Positions 41,752 through 51,413 of a stretch of DNA of 64,000 nt are shown here, piece after piece (the first letter of the stretch is position 1; each line of letters opens with the position of its first letter). The notes beneath the pieces were generated by a model. The model saw only the letters and a program-made list of their open reading frames with translations. It was not told the origin of the DNA and did no database searches. This DNA is from Alphaproteobacteria bacterium (GTDB lineage Bacteria > Pseudomonadota > Alphaproteobacteria > JAAXGF01): NCBI GenBank assembly GCA_963555825.3, contig CAUVXB020000001.1, positions 1,344,001-1,408,000 of the forward strand. Reading direction: 5' to 3'. The translations under genes and the position numbers were made by a program.

Positions 41752-41817
41752 AAGGCGTGTCAGCATTTCCTGCTCTTGGGAATCCCCTATGATTCCATGC
41801 GGTCAGAAATTTCTCTA
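41752..41817 (-). repeat. Scar resembling an IS left end, starting at the hpnG stop codon
   Basis: Minus strand TAGAGAAATTTCTGACCGCATGGAATCATAGGGGATTCCCAAG...CTGA shares AGGGGATTCCCAA with the IS5 (7497) and IS630 (32289-32301) ends. Confidence 0.5.
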
Positions 41818-42492
41818 GACACCGAGATCGGGCGTCAATTCGGCGGCGCGGCCGAGCGCCGCCAGGCCCTGGCGCGCCTCGATCGCGATGGCGATCAGCG
41901 ACACCAGCTGCCAGGGCGCCATGATCAAGCCCCCCAACACGGCGCCGACGCGCACGCCACCGTCGTCGGCGATGCCGGCGTGGGCGGCGCGCGGCACGTC
42001 GCGCCACAGCGGATCGGCGACCGCGCGCAGGATCGCGAACGGCACGCCGGCCTCGTCGGCGACCGACGCGACGGCGAAACTTTCCATGTCGACGGCCACC
42101 GCACCTGTCGCATCGCGTAGTTTGGTTTTCGCCTCGGTGCTTGCAACCAGGGTTTCGCTGCCGAGCACGGCGCCGCCGGTCGGTCGTGCCGCCTCGAGCG
42201 CTTGGAACAGGGCGACGCGCCAGGCGAGGTCGGTGTCGTACGCCTCCCGGCGGCGGTTGATCGCCATGTCCGCGACGATCAGGTCGCCCGGGTTGAGGCG
42301 CGGATCGAGACCGCCGGCGAGGCCGAAGCTGAGCAGCGCCTCGGCGCCATCGGCGATCAAACGCCGCGCCGCGGCGGCGGCGCGCGCGCTATCGGCGCCC
42401 GAACAGGCGACCAGCGGCGCCGTCCCCGCGACCTCGCGAGGCAGGCGTCGCGCCTCGGACGTCATGCCGGTGACGACGCCGAGTCGCGTCAC
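41815..42492 (-). CDS. hpnG: Hopanoid-associated nucleoside phosphorylase
   Basis: LGVVTGM..EA, LLSFGLAGGLDP.L.PGD, AVAVDMES, ILRAVADP; GTG overlaps the shc stop. Confidence 0.82.
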   Translation of the reverse strand: MTRLGVVTGMTSEARRLPREVAGTAPLVACSGADSARAAAAARRLIADGAEALLSFGLAGGLDPRLNPGDLIVADMAINRRREAYDTDLAWRVALFQALEAARPTGGAVLGSETLVASTEAKTKLRDATGAVAVDMESFAVASVADEAGVPFAILRAVADPLWRDVPRAAHAGIADDGGVRVGAVLGGLIMAPWQLVSLIAIAIEARQGLAALGRAAELTPDLGV

Positions 42493-44504
42493 ATTCCGTA
42501 GGGTGTCGTCCGCCGGTTGCTGACGCGAAGATTGCGATACCGCGCCAGCGCCCACAGCGGAAAATAGGCCGGGTAGCCGTGGTAGCGAAGGTAGAAGACC
42601 CGCGGGAAGCCGACGGCGGTGTAGTACTTCTCTTTCCAGCCCTCGCCGGCGTTGAGGTTCTCGACCAGGTAGTCGATGCCGCGCTTGACCGCGTCGCTCT
42701 CGACCTCGCCGGCCGCCATCAGGCCGAGCACCGCCCACGCCGTCTGCGAGGCCGTACTTGCCTTCGACAAATAGCGCAGGTCCTCGTGATAGGTGGCGCC
42801 GTCCTCGCCCCAGCCGCCGTCGTCGCGCTGGGACGAGCAGAGCCATTCGACGGCGCGCCGGATATGCGGTTCGTTCAAGTCCTCTTCGGCGGCGTTGAAG
42901 GCGCAAAGCACCGACCAGGTGCCGTAGATATAGTTGGTGCCCCAGCGCCCGAACCACGAGCCGTCCGGCTCCTGCACCTTCTTGAGATACTCGAGCCCGC
43001 GCGCCACGACCGGGTGGTCGCGGCCATAGCCGAGTTGGCACTTCATGCCGATGCAGCGCGCCGTGACGTCGGCGGTCGGCGAGTCGAGCAGCGCGCCGTG
43101 ATCGGCGAACGGAATATGGTTCAAATAGTAGTTGGTATTGTCGACGTCGAAGGCGCCCCAGCTGCCGTTCTTGCTCTGCATGCCCTCGACCCATTCGGCG
43201 CCGCGGCCGATCGACTCGTCGTGCTCGGCCGCGCTCGCCCGATCGAGCGCCATGACGACAACGGCGGTGTCGTCGATATCGGGATAGTGCGCGTTCTCGA
43301 ACTGGAATGCCCAACCGCCAGGGCGCAGGTCCGGGCGCTGATCGGCCCAGTCGCCGCGCAAGTCGAGCACCTGCTTCGTCTTCAGCCAGTCGAGCGCGTC
43401 TTGGATGCTGGGCGATTTTTCCTCCTCGCCGGCCTCCATCAAGGCGTGCGCCGCGAGACAGGTGTCCCAAACGGGCGATGTGCAGGGCTGGCAGAAGCCC
43501 TTGCCGTTGCGGATTGTCAGCAGGTTGTCGACCGCGGTCTTGGCCGACGCACGCTTGGAGTCGTCGCGCGGATAGCCGAGCACGTCGAACGCCATCAGCG
43601 TGTTGGCCATGGCCGGAAAGATGCCGCCAAGGCCGTCCTCGCCGTTCATCCTTTCGTGGATGAACGATTCGGCCTCGGCAATCGCCTGCTTGCGCTTCGA
43701 TTTGGGGAACATCGGCTCGACAATGCGCAGCGCGCGGTCGACCATCAGGAAGGCGCGCGCCAGCAGGTCGCGGTTGACGAAGTAGTTACGCTCATCCTCC
43801 GGCGCCACGACGAACAACTCGCGAATATCGACATTTTTCGGATTACGAGCCTGCGGCTTGTGGGCCATCAGAATCAAGAGCGGCACGATCACCGTGCGCG
43901 ACCAGTAGGACACCTTGGAGAGGTGGAACGGGAACCAGCGAGGCAGCAGCATGATCTCGACCGGCATGACCGGCGTCGCGCGCCACGGCACCTGGCCGAA
44001 CATGGCCAGGGTCAGGCGCGTGAATACGTTGCAGCGCGCCGCGCCGCCGCGCGACAGGATCGAATCGCGGGCGAGTTTCATATGCGGCTCGTCGGGCTGA
44101 TCGCCAGCCAATTTAAGGGCGTAGTATGCCTTTACCGAGCAGCCCATGTCGAAGTCGCCGTCGTAGAACAGCGGCCAGCCGCCGTGGTCCGCCTGGCATT
44201 CGCGGATATAGACCGCGAGCTTCGCTTCGACCTTGGGTTCGATCTCGTCGAGGAAATGCTGCAGCAGGATGTACTCGGCTGGAATCGTGACGTCGGCCTC
44301 CAGGTCGAACAGCCAATAGCCGTCGTCCGACTGCTGGCCCTTGAGCCAGACGGCCGCGTCGTCGATCGCCGAATTGAGCCGGTCGCCGCCCGCGCCCGCG
44401 TTCAACGCGCGCGCGGCGGCCTGAGAATGTGACTGAAAATTCACGTGATTGAAACCAGAGTCATTCATGTCGGACAGAGATGACGTTTCCGCTTCGTGAT
44501 TCAA
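42489..44504 (-). CDS. shc: Squalene-hopene cyclase (start may be ATG 44468)
   Basis: [31 protein letters not shown], catalytic [10 protein letters not shown] repeats, [13 protein letters not shown]. Confidence 0.96.
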   Translation of the reverse strand: MNHEAETSSLSDMNDSGFNHVNFQSHSQAAARALNAGAGGDRLNSAIDDAAVWLKGQQSDDGYWLFDLEADVTIPAEYILLQHFLDEIEPKVEAKLAVYIRECQADHGGWPLFYDGDFDMGCSVKAYYALKLAGDQPDEPHMKLARDSILSRGGAARCNVFTRLTLAMFGQVPWRATPVMPVEIMLLPRWFPFHLSKVSYWSRTVIVPLLILMAHKPQARNPKNVDIRELFVVAPEDERNYFVNRDLLARAFLMVDRALRIVEPMFPKSKRKQAIAEAESFIHERMNGEDGLGGIFPAMANTLMAFDVLGYPRDDSKRASAKTAVDNLLTIRNGKGFCQPCTSPVWDTCLAAHALMEAGEEEKSPSIQDALDWLKTKQVLDLRGDWADQRPDLRPGGWAFQFENAHYPDIDDTAVVVMALDRASAAEHDESIGRGAEWVEGMQSKNGSWGAFDVDNTNYYLNHIPFADHGALLDSPTADVTARCIGMKCQLGYGRDHPVVARGLEYLKKVQEPDGSWFGRWGTNYIYGTWSVLCAFNAAEEDLNEPHIRRAVEWLCSSQRDDGGWGEDGATYHEDLRYLSKASTASQTAWAVLGLMAAGEVESDAVKRGIDYLVENLNAGEGWKEKYYTAVGFPRVFYLRYHGYPAYFPLWALARYRNLRVSNRRTTPYGM

Positions 44505-46426
44505 GCCCGCGCCTTGGCGGTTTCGGCGCCGCGCCCGAGCGCGGCGAGAACGGTTGATACAATGTCCGGCGCCTTCAGGCCGGCGTCTTCATACATGCCC
44601 TCGGGCGTACCGTGGGCGATGAAGCGATCGGGCAGGATCATCGGCCGGACCTTGAGCCCGGCGTCAAGCAATCCCTGCGTCGCGAGGAAATTCAGGACGA
44701 ACGAGGCGAAGCCGCCGATCGCGCCTTCCTCGATGATCACCAACACCTCGTGATCGCGCGCCAGGCAGCGGATCAATTCCTCGTCGAGCGGCTTGGCGAA
44801 GCGGGCGTCGGCGACAGTCGCCGACAGGCCGCGCGCGGCCAGATCGTCGGCCGCCTGAAAACATTCCTTCAGGCGCGCGCCGAACGACAGGATCGCCACC
44901 GATGTGCCCTCGCGCAGGATACGGCCCTTGCCGATGTCCAGCACCTCGCCCCGTTCGGGCCTATCCACGCCGACGCCCTCGCCGCGCGGATAACGGACCG
45001 CCGAGGGCCGGTCGTCGATCGCCGCCGCGGTCGCCACCATGTGCATCAGGTCGGCTTCGTCGGCCGCCGCCATGATCACGAAGTCGGGCAGGCAGCCGAG
45101 ATAGGCGACATCGTACGAGCCGGCGTGTGTCGGGCCGTCGGCGCCGACCAGGCCGGCACGGTCAATCGCGAAGCGAACCGGCAGCTTCTGAATGGCCACG
45201 TCGTGCACCACCTGGTCATAGGCGCGCTGCAGGAAAGTCGAATAGATCGTGGCGAACGGTTTGTACCCCTCGGTCGCCATGCCGGCCGCGAAGGTCACCG
45301 CGTGCTGCTCGGCGATGCCAACGTCGAAACACCGGTCGGGGAAGCGGGCGCCGAACTTGTTGAGGCCCGTCCCCGATGGCATCGCCGCGGTGACCGCGAC
45401 GATCTTGTCGTCGTGCTCGGCTTCCTTGATCAGCGCGTCGGCGAACACCGAGGTATAGCTCGGCGCGTTCGACGTGCCCTTCTTCTGCTCGCCGGTGACG
45501 ACGTCGAACTTGTTGACACCGTGGTACTTGTCGGCCGCCTTCTCGGCCGGCGCGTAGCCGTGCCCCTTACGGGTTACGACGTGCACCAGGATCGGCCCGG
45601 CCTCCTTGGAATCGCGGACGTTCTTCAGCACCGGCAGCAGGTGCTCGATGTTGTGGCCGTCGACCGGGCCGACGTAATAGAAACCGAGTTCCTCGAAAAG
45701 CGTGCCACCGGTCACCATGCCGCGGGCGTATTCCTCGGCGCGCTTCGCCGCTGTCTCGATCGAGCGCGGGAATTTCTTGGCCATCTCGCGCGCCAGATGC
45801 CGGATCGAGCGGTAGGGTTTCGACGAGATGAGCCGCGACAGATAGGCGCTCATGGCGCCGACCGCCGGCGCGATCGACATGTCGTTGTCGTTGAGGATGA
45901 CGATCAGGCGGGTGTCCATCGAGCCGGCGTTGTTCATCGCCTCGTAGGCCATGCCCGCCGACATCGCGCCGTCGCCGATGACCGCGATCACTTGGTTGTC
46001 GCGGTTCGAGAAGTCGCGCGCCACGCACATGCCGAGCGCAGACGAGATCGATGTCGAGGCGTGCGCCGCGCCGAACGGGTCGTATTCGCTCTCGCTTCGC
46101 TTGGTAAAGCCGTAGAGACCGCCCGGCTGACGGATCGTCCGGATGCGGTCGCGCCGGCCGGTCAGTATCTTGTGTGGATAGGCCTGGTGGCCGACGTCCC
46201 AGATCAGCCGGTCGCGCGGTGTGTCGAAGACGTGATGCAACGCCACCGTCAACTCGACGACACCAAGGCTCGCGCCCAGATGGCCGCCCGTCACCGAGAC
46301 CGCATCGACCGTTTCCGCCCGCAGCTCTTCGGCGAGTTGGGATAGTTGTTCGACACTGAAACCCCGCAAATCCGCCGGGACTTCAACAGTGTCGAGCAAC
46401 GGCGTTCTATTCGGTTTCGATGTCAT
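44501..46426 (-). CDS. dxs: 1-deoxy-D-xylulose-5-phosphate synthase
   Basis: [69 protein letters not shown]. Confidence 0.97.
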   Translation of the reverse strand: MTSKPNRTPLLDTVEVPADLRGFSVEQLSQLAEELRAETVDAVSVTGGHLGASLGVVELTVALHHVFDTPRDRLIWDVGHQAYPHKILTGRRDRIRTIRQPGGLYGFTKRSESEYDPFGAAHASTSISSALGMCVARDFSNRDNQVIAVIGDGAMSAGMAYEAMNNAGSMDTRLIVILNDNDMSIAPAVGAMSAYLSRLISSKPYRSIRHLAREMAKKFPRSIETAAKRAEEYARGMVTGGTLFEELGFYYVGPVDGHNIEHLLPVLKNVRDSKEAGPILVHVVTRKGHGYAPAEKAADKYHGVNKFDVVTGEQKKGTSNAPSYTSVFADALIKEAEHDDKIVAVTAAMPSGTGLNKFGARFPDRCFDVGIAEQHAVTFAAGMATEGYKPFATIYSTFLQRAYDQVVHDVAIQKLPVRFAIDRAGLVGADGPTHAGSYDVAYLGCLPDFVIMAAADEADLMHMVATAAAIDDRPSAVRYPRGEGVGVDRPERGEVLDIGKGRILREGTSVAILSFGARLKECFQAADDLAARGLSATVADARFAKPLDEELIRCLARDHEVLVIIEEGAIGGFASFVLNFLATQGLLDAGLKVRPMILPDRFIAHGTPEGMYEDAGLKAPDIVSTVLAALGRGAETAKARA

Positions 46427-46755
46427 TTGCCTGCCCCGCTACGCATTTTACCACACCTGGCTCGCTTCGCCATCGCCCGACGCGGGTCGGTAGACGGTCT
46501 GTCGCAAATCTGACGTTTGCATTAATTACAATGCTGTAGACATAACCCGACGACACTCTCAAGGCAACGATTCTAGGCGGCGAAACTTGCCGTCGGACCG
46601 ACGACCGGCCATCGCGCCGAACCTCCCGCGCCGCAGCTTCCGCCCGGCGGCGCATCGGGCCCGCGTAGAGTCGCGCTAATCCATTCAAATTTAGAGACAT
46701 TTTCACGGCGCGCCCAACAAACGACCGGTCACGATATGGTGAAGCCACTGGCGCG

Positions 46756-46786
46756 CGTCTCAGACGTCTCAGACGTCTCAGACGTC
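46756..46786. repeat. 9-bp tandem repeat (about 3.4 units of CGTCTCAGA) covering the stop of the nucleotidyltransferase gene
   Basis: Minus strand reads GAC GTC TGA GAC GTC TGA GAC GTC TGA. Confidence 0.85.
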
Positions 46787-47566
46787 GCTGCCGGCGCGTT
46801 TCGCGACGGCGAGCGGATCATAGGGCAGCGGCATGAGAAGGGGCAGGACCTCATTGCGACCGCGCTCGACGTCCTCGCGGAAATCGATTTCGGTCCACGG
46901 CAGGCCGGTGATGTCCTCGAACCCGAAGCTGCCGGGCGGATCGCCGAGCAGAATGTCGCGCAGCGCCTCGTCGTAGAGCTCGAATCGCTCGCCAGCGTCG
47001 AGATAACGCCGTGCCGCCGGCACCAAACGCCGCGCGACGTCCTCGCCAAGCCTGAAGAAACCAACCGATTCGCCCCAGAAGTCGAAGCTTACATCGACCT
47101 CTTTGTGGAACTCGACGAGCACGCCGTCACGCACGCAAAGCTTGGTCGGTTCATCGCCCTGCTCGAAGTTGCGATCGAGCAGGAAACAGTTGTCGTGGGA
47201 CGACGCCAACAGGCGCTCGTAGATGCGGTGGTCGTACAACACGTCGCCGTCCATCAGCACGACACCGCCGCCGCGCTCGAGCTGCTCGCGCACGGTCCAC
47301 AGAGTGACGATGCTGCCCTGATCGAAATCCTGGTTGACGACGACTTCGGCCCAGCCGGCGGCGCCGCAGGCGGCGAGTTCGTCCTCGATCATCTCAGCGC
47401 GATAACCAGCGGCGACGACCACTTCATCGACGCCGCAGTAGCGCAGAATTTCGATGTGCCGGCGCAGCAGCGTCTTGCCGCTGAACTCGATCATCACCTT
47501 GGGACGCCGGTCGTCTTCGAACGCCATGCGCCGGCCCCGGCCGGCCGCCAGAATAATCGCCCTCAT
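46778..47566 (-). CDS. Nucleotidyltransferase (phosphocholine cytidylyltransferase / LicC-like)
   Basis: MRAIILAAGRGRR, PK, GY..E.I, GS..TLW, MDGDVLYD, GESVGFF, WTEIDF.ED. Confidence 0.88.
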   Translation of the reverse strand: MRAIILAAGRGRRMAFEDDRRPKVMIEFSGKTLLRRHIEILRYCGVDEVVVAAGYRAEMIEDELAACGAAGWAEVVVNQDFDQGSIVTLWTVREQLERGGGVVLMDGDVLYDHRIYERLLASSHDNCFLLDRNFEQGDEPTKLCVRDGVLVEFHKEVDVSFDFWGESVGFFRLGEDVARRLVPAARRYLDAGERFELYDEALRDILLGDPPGSFGFEDITGLPWTEIDFREDVERGRNEVLPLLMPLPYDPLAVAKRAGSDV

Positions 47567-47665
47567 CGTCGGTCCCGATTGGTGGAATACAACCGCCTCG
47601 CGCGTGGCCCCGTCCCTACCATTGACGCAGCCCGCACCGCAATTCAAATGTGAACCGGTCACCCA

Positions 47666-49372
47666 TCACGACACGCAATGACGCAGCGCAATCCACAATT
47701 TCTCGACGCCCGGCAGTCGGACGGGTGGCTCGAGACGGCGCCAACCGCCGCCGACCAGACGGTCGAGCAACCGGGCGTATACTGCCATCATGATTACCGC
47801 CGGGCGCAGCGACGCCCGGTCGTCGACCGACATTTCGGCGAGCATGGCCCACGCCTCGGCATAGCGGTGGCGCGCGAGAACGGCAAGCGCCGCGCACGCC
47901 CGCGGCAGGTCGGCGTGCGCCACGACCGCCGCCGGGTCGTGATCGCGAACTCCGGCGTCGTCGAGCAGTTCGCGCGGCAGGTAGAGCCGGCCCACGGCGG
48001 CGTCTTCGGCGACATCGCGCAGGATGTTGGTGAGCTGCAGCGCGTGGCCGACCGAGAGCGCGAAGGCGTCGGCGCGCGGGTCGACGCAGCCGAACACCCG
48101 CACCGACAGGAGCCCGACGGCGCCGGCGACACGCGCGCAATAACGTTCGAGCGTGGCCATGTCCGGCGCGCGCATGGTTTCGCCGGCATCCATCACGACG
48201 CCCCGGATGATTTCGTCGAAATCCTCGCGGCGCAGGCCATAGCGCGCGACCGGTCCGGCCAGGGCGCGGGCGATGAGACGCCGCGGCCGCCCGTCGTAGA
48301 GCGCCGCGATCTCGTCGCGCCAGCCGGCGAGCGCCTGGCGCCTCGCCTCATCCGTCTCGGGGCCGTCGGCGATGTCGTCGACCTCGTGGCAAAAGGCGTA
48401 AACGGCGAACATCGCCGCGCTCTTGGCCTTGGGCAGCAAGCGCATCGCCCAGTAAAAGGAACTCCCCGAGCCGCGCGCCCGGTGGCGGGCGTATTCCAGC
48501 TCGGTCCGGGCCAGGTTCGCCCGGCCCCCGGTCATGCTGCGCCACAGGCCGCGCACGACGCAGCCGAGTTTCTGCCCGCTCGTCAGTTCGACACGCTCGG
48601 CGAGCGGGTCGCGGTAGCGCAATTCGACCGCCAGGCGCTCGGCGAGCGCGACGATGACCGCGGCCTCGCGCCGCATGCCGGGCCGCCGGATCGCGCCGGC
48701 CAGCGGCTGTGCCTCGGCGATCAGCGCATCGACGCCGTCGAGCGTGGCGTCGAGCACCCGGCGCAGCGCCGGACCCGCCGCGGGCGCGGACAAGGCCTCT
48801 ACCTCGACGCCGGCCGCCGCGAAGTGATCGAGCGGCAGATAGACGCGGTCGAGATTTTCGTAGTCGTCCTTGCAGTCCTGCAGGTGGTTGATGATCTGTA
48901 GCGCGGTACAGAGCGCATCCGAGGCGGCGTGGCCGGCATCGCCCTCGCCGTGCAGATCGAGGAGAAAGCGCCCCACCGGGTTGGCCGAAAGCCGGCAGTA
49001 GCCGAGCAGGTCGTCCCAGTCGTCGTAACGATGCTTGCGCGCATCCTGTTTGAAGGCCTTCACCAATTCACGTGCGTGCTCGACGGAAACGTCGATGTCG
49101 GCGAGCGCCGAGCCGAGCCGAGCCGCCGCCGCGCAGCCGGCCGCTACCGGCGTCTCGCCGCGCAACGCGGCGTCGAACGCATCGAGGCCGGCGATCTTGT
49201 CATCGGGCGCGAGCGTCGCCGAGTCGGCGATGTCGTCAGCGGCGCGCACGACGCCGTAAAACTGCGCGACGTAGGGTCTGAGCTTCGACGGCAGCAACCA
49301 CGAGCCGACCGGGAAATTCTCTCCCGCCGCCGTCTTCGACGGCGCCACGTGGATGCTCGACTGTCGGCCCAT
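47666..49372 (-). CDS. hpnC/hpnD: Fused HpnC-HpnD (two squalene/phytoene synthase domains)
   Basis: N-half ENFPVGS, RAADDIAD, YCRLSANPVGR, LQIINHLQD (HpnC). C-half GSSFYWAMRLLP, VDDIAD, RVAGAVG, LQLTNILRD, GRLYLP (HpnD). One open frame of 568 aa. Confidence 0.88.
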   Translation of the reverse strand: MGRQSSIHVAPSKTAAGENFPVGSWLLPSKLRPYVAQFYGVVRAADDIADSATLAPDDKIAGLDAFDAALRGETPVAAGCAAAARLGSALADIDVSVEHARELVKAFKQDARKHRYDDWDDLLGYCRLSANPVGRFLLDLHGEGDAGHAASDALCTALQIINHLQDCKDDYENLDRVYLPLDHFAAAGVEVEALSAPAAGPALRRVLDATLDGVDALIAEAQPLAGAIRRPGMRREAAVIVALAERLAVELRYRDPLAERVELTSGQKLGCVVRGLWRSMTGGRANLARTELEYARHRARGSGSSFYWAMRLLPKAKSAAMFAVYAFCHEVDDIADGPETDEARRQALAGWRDEIAALYDGRPRRLIARALAGPVARYGLRREDFDEIIRGVVMDAGETMRAPDMATLERYCARVAGAVGLLSVRVFGCVDPRADAFALSVGHALQLTNILRDVAEDAAVGRLYLPRELLDDAGVRDHDPAAVVAHADLPRACAALAVLARHRYAEAWAMLAEMSVDDRASLRPAVIMMAVYARLLDRLVGGGWRRLEPPVRLPGVEKLWIALRHCVS

Positions 49373-50006
49373 GCCAGTGCGGTCTCCAAATTTGAGCGGT
49401 TGCGGTGATCAATCCCGCATTTCCCAAGTATCGTCGATATTCAGTGCGGCGAGAAGGCGATTCTGCTATAAGAATCATGAAGTTGTAGCATACATGGAGC
49501 GGCGGATATGGCACACCCGATGGGTGAATCGAAACCGGGGTGCCTTCGGGTCGTTTTTGACCGTCGATTGAAGCTTGAATTCCACGGTTCCAAGATCACC
49601 TCTGATGCCGGGTTGCTCGCCTACCGGGAGCTTGACGATGCCCTCGGCCTGACTGAGATGGCCGAGGGTGTTTTCCAGGATAGCCGTACCGGCAAGAACG
49701 GATGGCACGGCATGACGGGTCAGTTTCGCCAGTCCGTTTTCGGGCGCCTTGGCGGCTATGACGATGTGAACGACGCCGACCGTCTGGGACGCGATCCCGC
49801 CATGCGCTGGATTGTTGGCGGCAAGGCCATCGAAAGACAGGCCGCTTCCACCAGCCAGATGGGACGCTTCGAGACGGAGCTATTGGCCACCGACGAGAAC
49901 GTTGAAGCCTTGGTCGACATGAACGGGGTGTGGATCGACAAGGTTCATGACCGCCATCCGCCGAAGATGATCATTCTCGACATGGACAGCAGCGTCAGCC
50001 CGACCC

Positions 50007-51413
50007 TGTCGATAACAAACTGAATTGACCGGTTTATGTACCATATGATTTGACCGCTTCTGTTGTGGATGTTGGCTCTGTGGATAAGTGGTCAGGTCGG
50101 CACAGCCGAGCTGTCCACTTATCCACAGAGCGCCGGCCGGTCGCGTCGAAGCGGATCACGCGGCCCGCCTTTCGCTGCTTTCGATCGGCGTGCCGTCTTT
50201 CTTGTAGCGGGCCAGGCAGCGCGGGCCATGGAAGACGGCAAGGTCGCCGTCGGGATATTCGTGCACACTCACTTTGGCCTTGACGTAGTGGTGGCGATGG
50301 CGGCCTGCCGGGATCTGCAGGCTCAAGTTCTTGTAGCGCACCGTGTTGTCATTGCCGACCACACGGTCCTCCTGCACACAGAGGATGTCCGCCAGGTTGC
50401 CGGCGAACGGCACGAAGGCGGAGCCTGTGTCCTCGGCCGGCCGGGCGAAGCGGGCATTGTGGGCCGGCAGGAAGTCCTCTTTCAGGAACCGGTTGGCGGC
50501 CGCCATATCGGTGATGCCGGCGAGCTCGAGTTCCTGCGGCAGGCGTTTCTGCAGGGTGCCGAACATGCGCTCCGAGCGGCCCCGGGCCTCCGGCGAATAG
50601 GCCGGGATCAGCTCAATACCGAGTTGCTGCAGGGCACGTCCGACCTGGGTTGGATTGTCCTTGTCGACCTTGCCGCCGGCCTCCGGCGTGTGCCAATAGT
50701 GCGAGGCCCGGTCTGCATAAAGCGAGCAGAACAGCCCCATGGCCGACCCCACCTCCAGCAGCGCCACAAAGCTCGACATGGTGCCCTCCTCGGCGACGAA
50801 GAAGGCGGAATAGATCTCCGAAGTGGCATCGTCCATGGTCACGATCAGGTCCCAGTACTGACCCGGCACCCATTGGTGCGTGGAGCCGTCCTGGTGCAAC
50901 ATCATGCCGACCATCGGCCGGCGCGGCCGCTTGCGGCGGTGCACGCCGCGCCGCGGCGCCGGCGCGATCCGGCCGTGCGCCTGGAGCGTCAGCCGCACCC
51001 AGTTGTAACTGCGCGTGACGTCGTGCTTTGCAACCAGCTTCTCCCAGAAGTGCCAGGCGGTGAAATGCCGGTACCTGGTATCGAACAGATCCAACAGTGC
51101 CACCACCTCGTCGACCCCGGCGCGGCGCGCGGAAACCCGACCCAGGCGGCGGTCGTAAAGACCCTCCGCGCCCTCGGCCTCAAAGCGATCGCGCCAGCGT
51201 CGGAACGTGCGCTCGGACATGCCCAGGATCTCGGCTGCCTCCAGCTGGCTCAACTCACCCCTGTAGGTGCGTCCGTAAACCTCATCGAACTTCATCAATC
51301 TCAACCCCTGTAACTGCTCTGTCCGGCGCATCAGCTCCTCCACTTTCTGGAGGAGTTCTAATGCCGGACAGATCATTTGTTACATTGACCGGCCATATCA
51401 CGTGTTATCGACA
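50007..51413 (-). mobile_element. IS1202-type (ISNCY) insertion sequence, transposase 50156..51331
   Basis: Ends TGTCGATAACA / TGTTATCGACA, 17-bp duplication CAGCGTCAGCCCGACCC (49990-50006, 51414-51430); HQDGS.H.W, MDDATS, LYADR, SPEARGRSER...TLQ.RL. Confidence 0.92.
50075..50131. promoter_or_regulatory. Hairpin with two inverted consensus DnaA boxes downstream of the transposase
   Basis: 17-bp perfect arms GCTCTGTGGATAAGTGG / CCACTTATCCACAGAGC; TGTGGATAA at 50079-50087 and TTATCCACA at 50119-50127. Confidence 0.65.

Noticed and set aside
8309-46345. Long opposite-strand ORFs such as 8309..10549 (-), 18812..21145 (+), 42579..44432 (+) and 44612..46345 (+)
   Set aside because: They are shadow frames of well-supported genes in high-GC DNA, are Arg/Ala/Gly-rich, and show no motifs.
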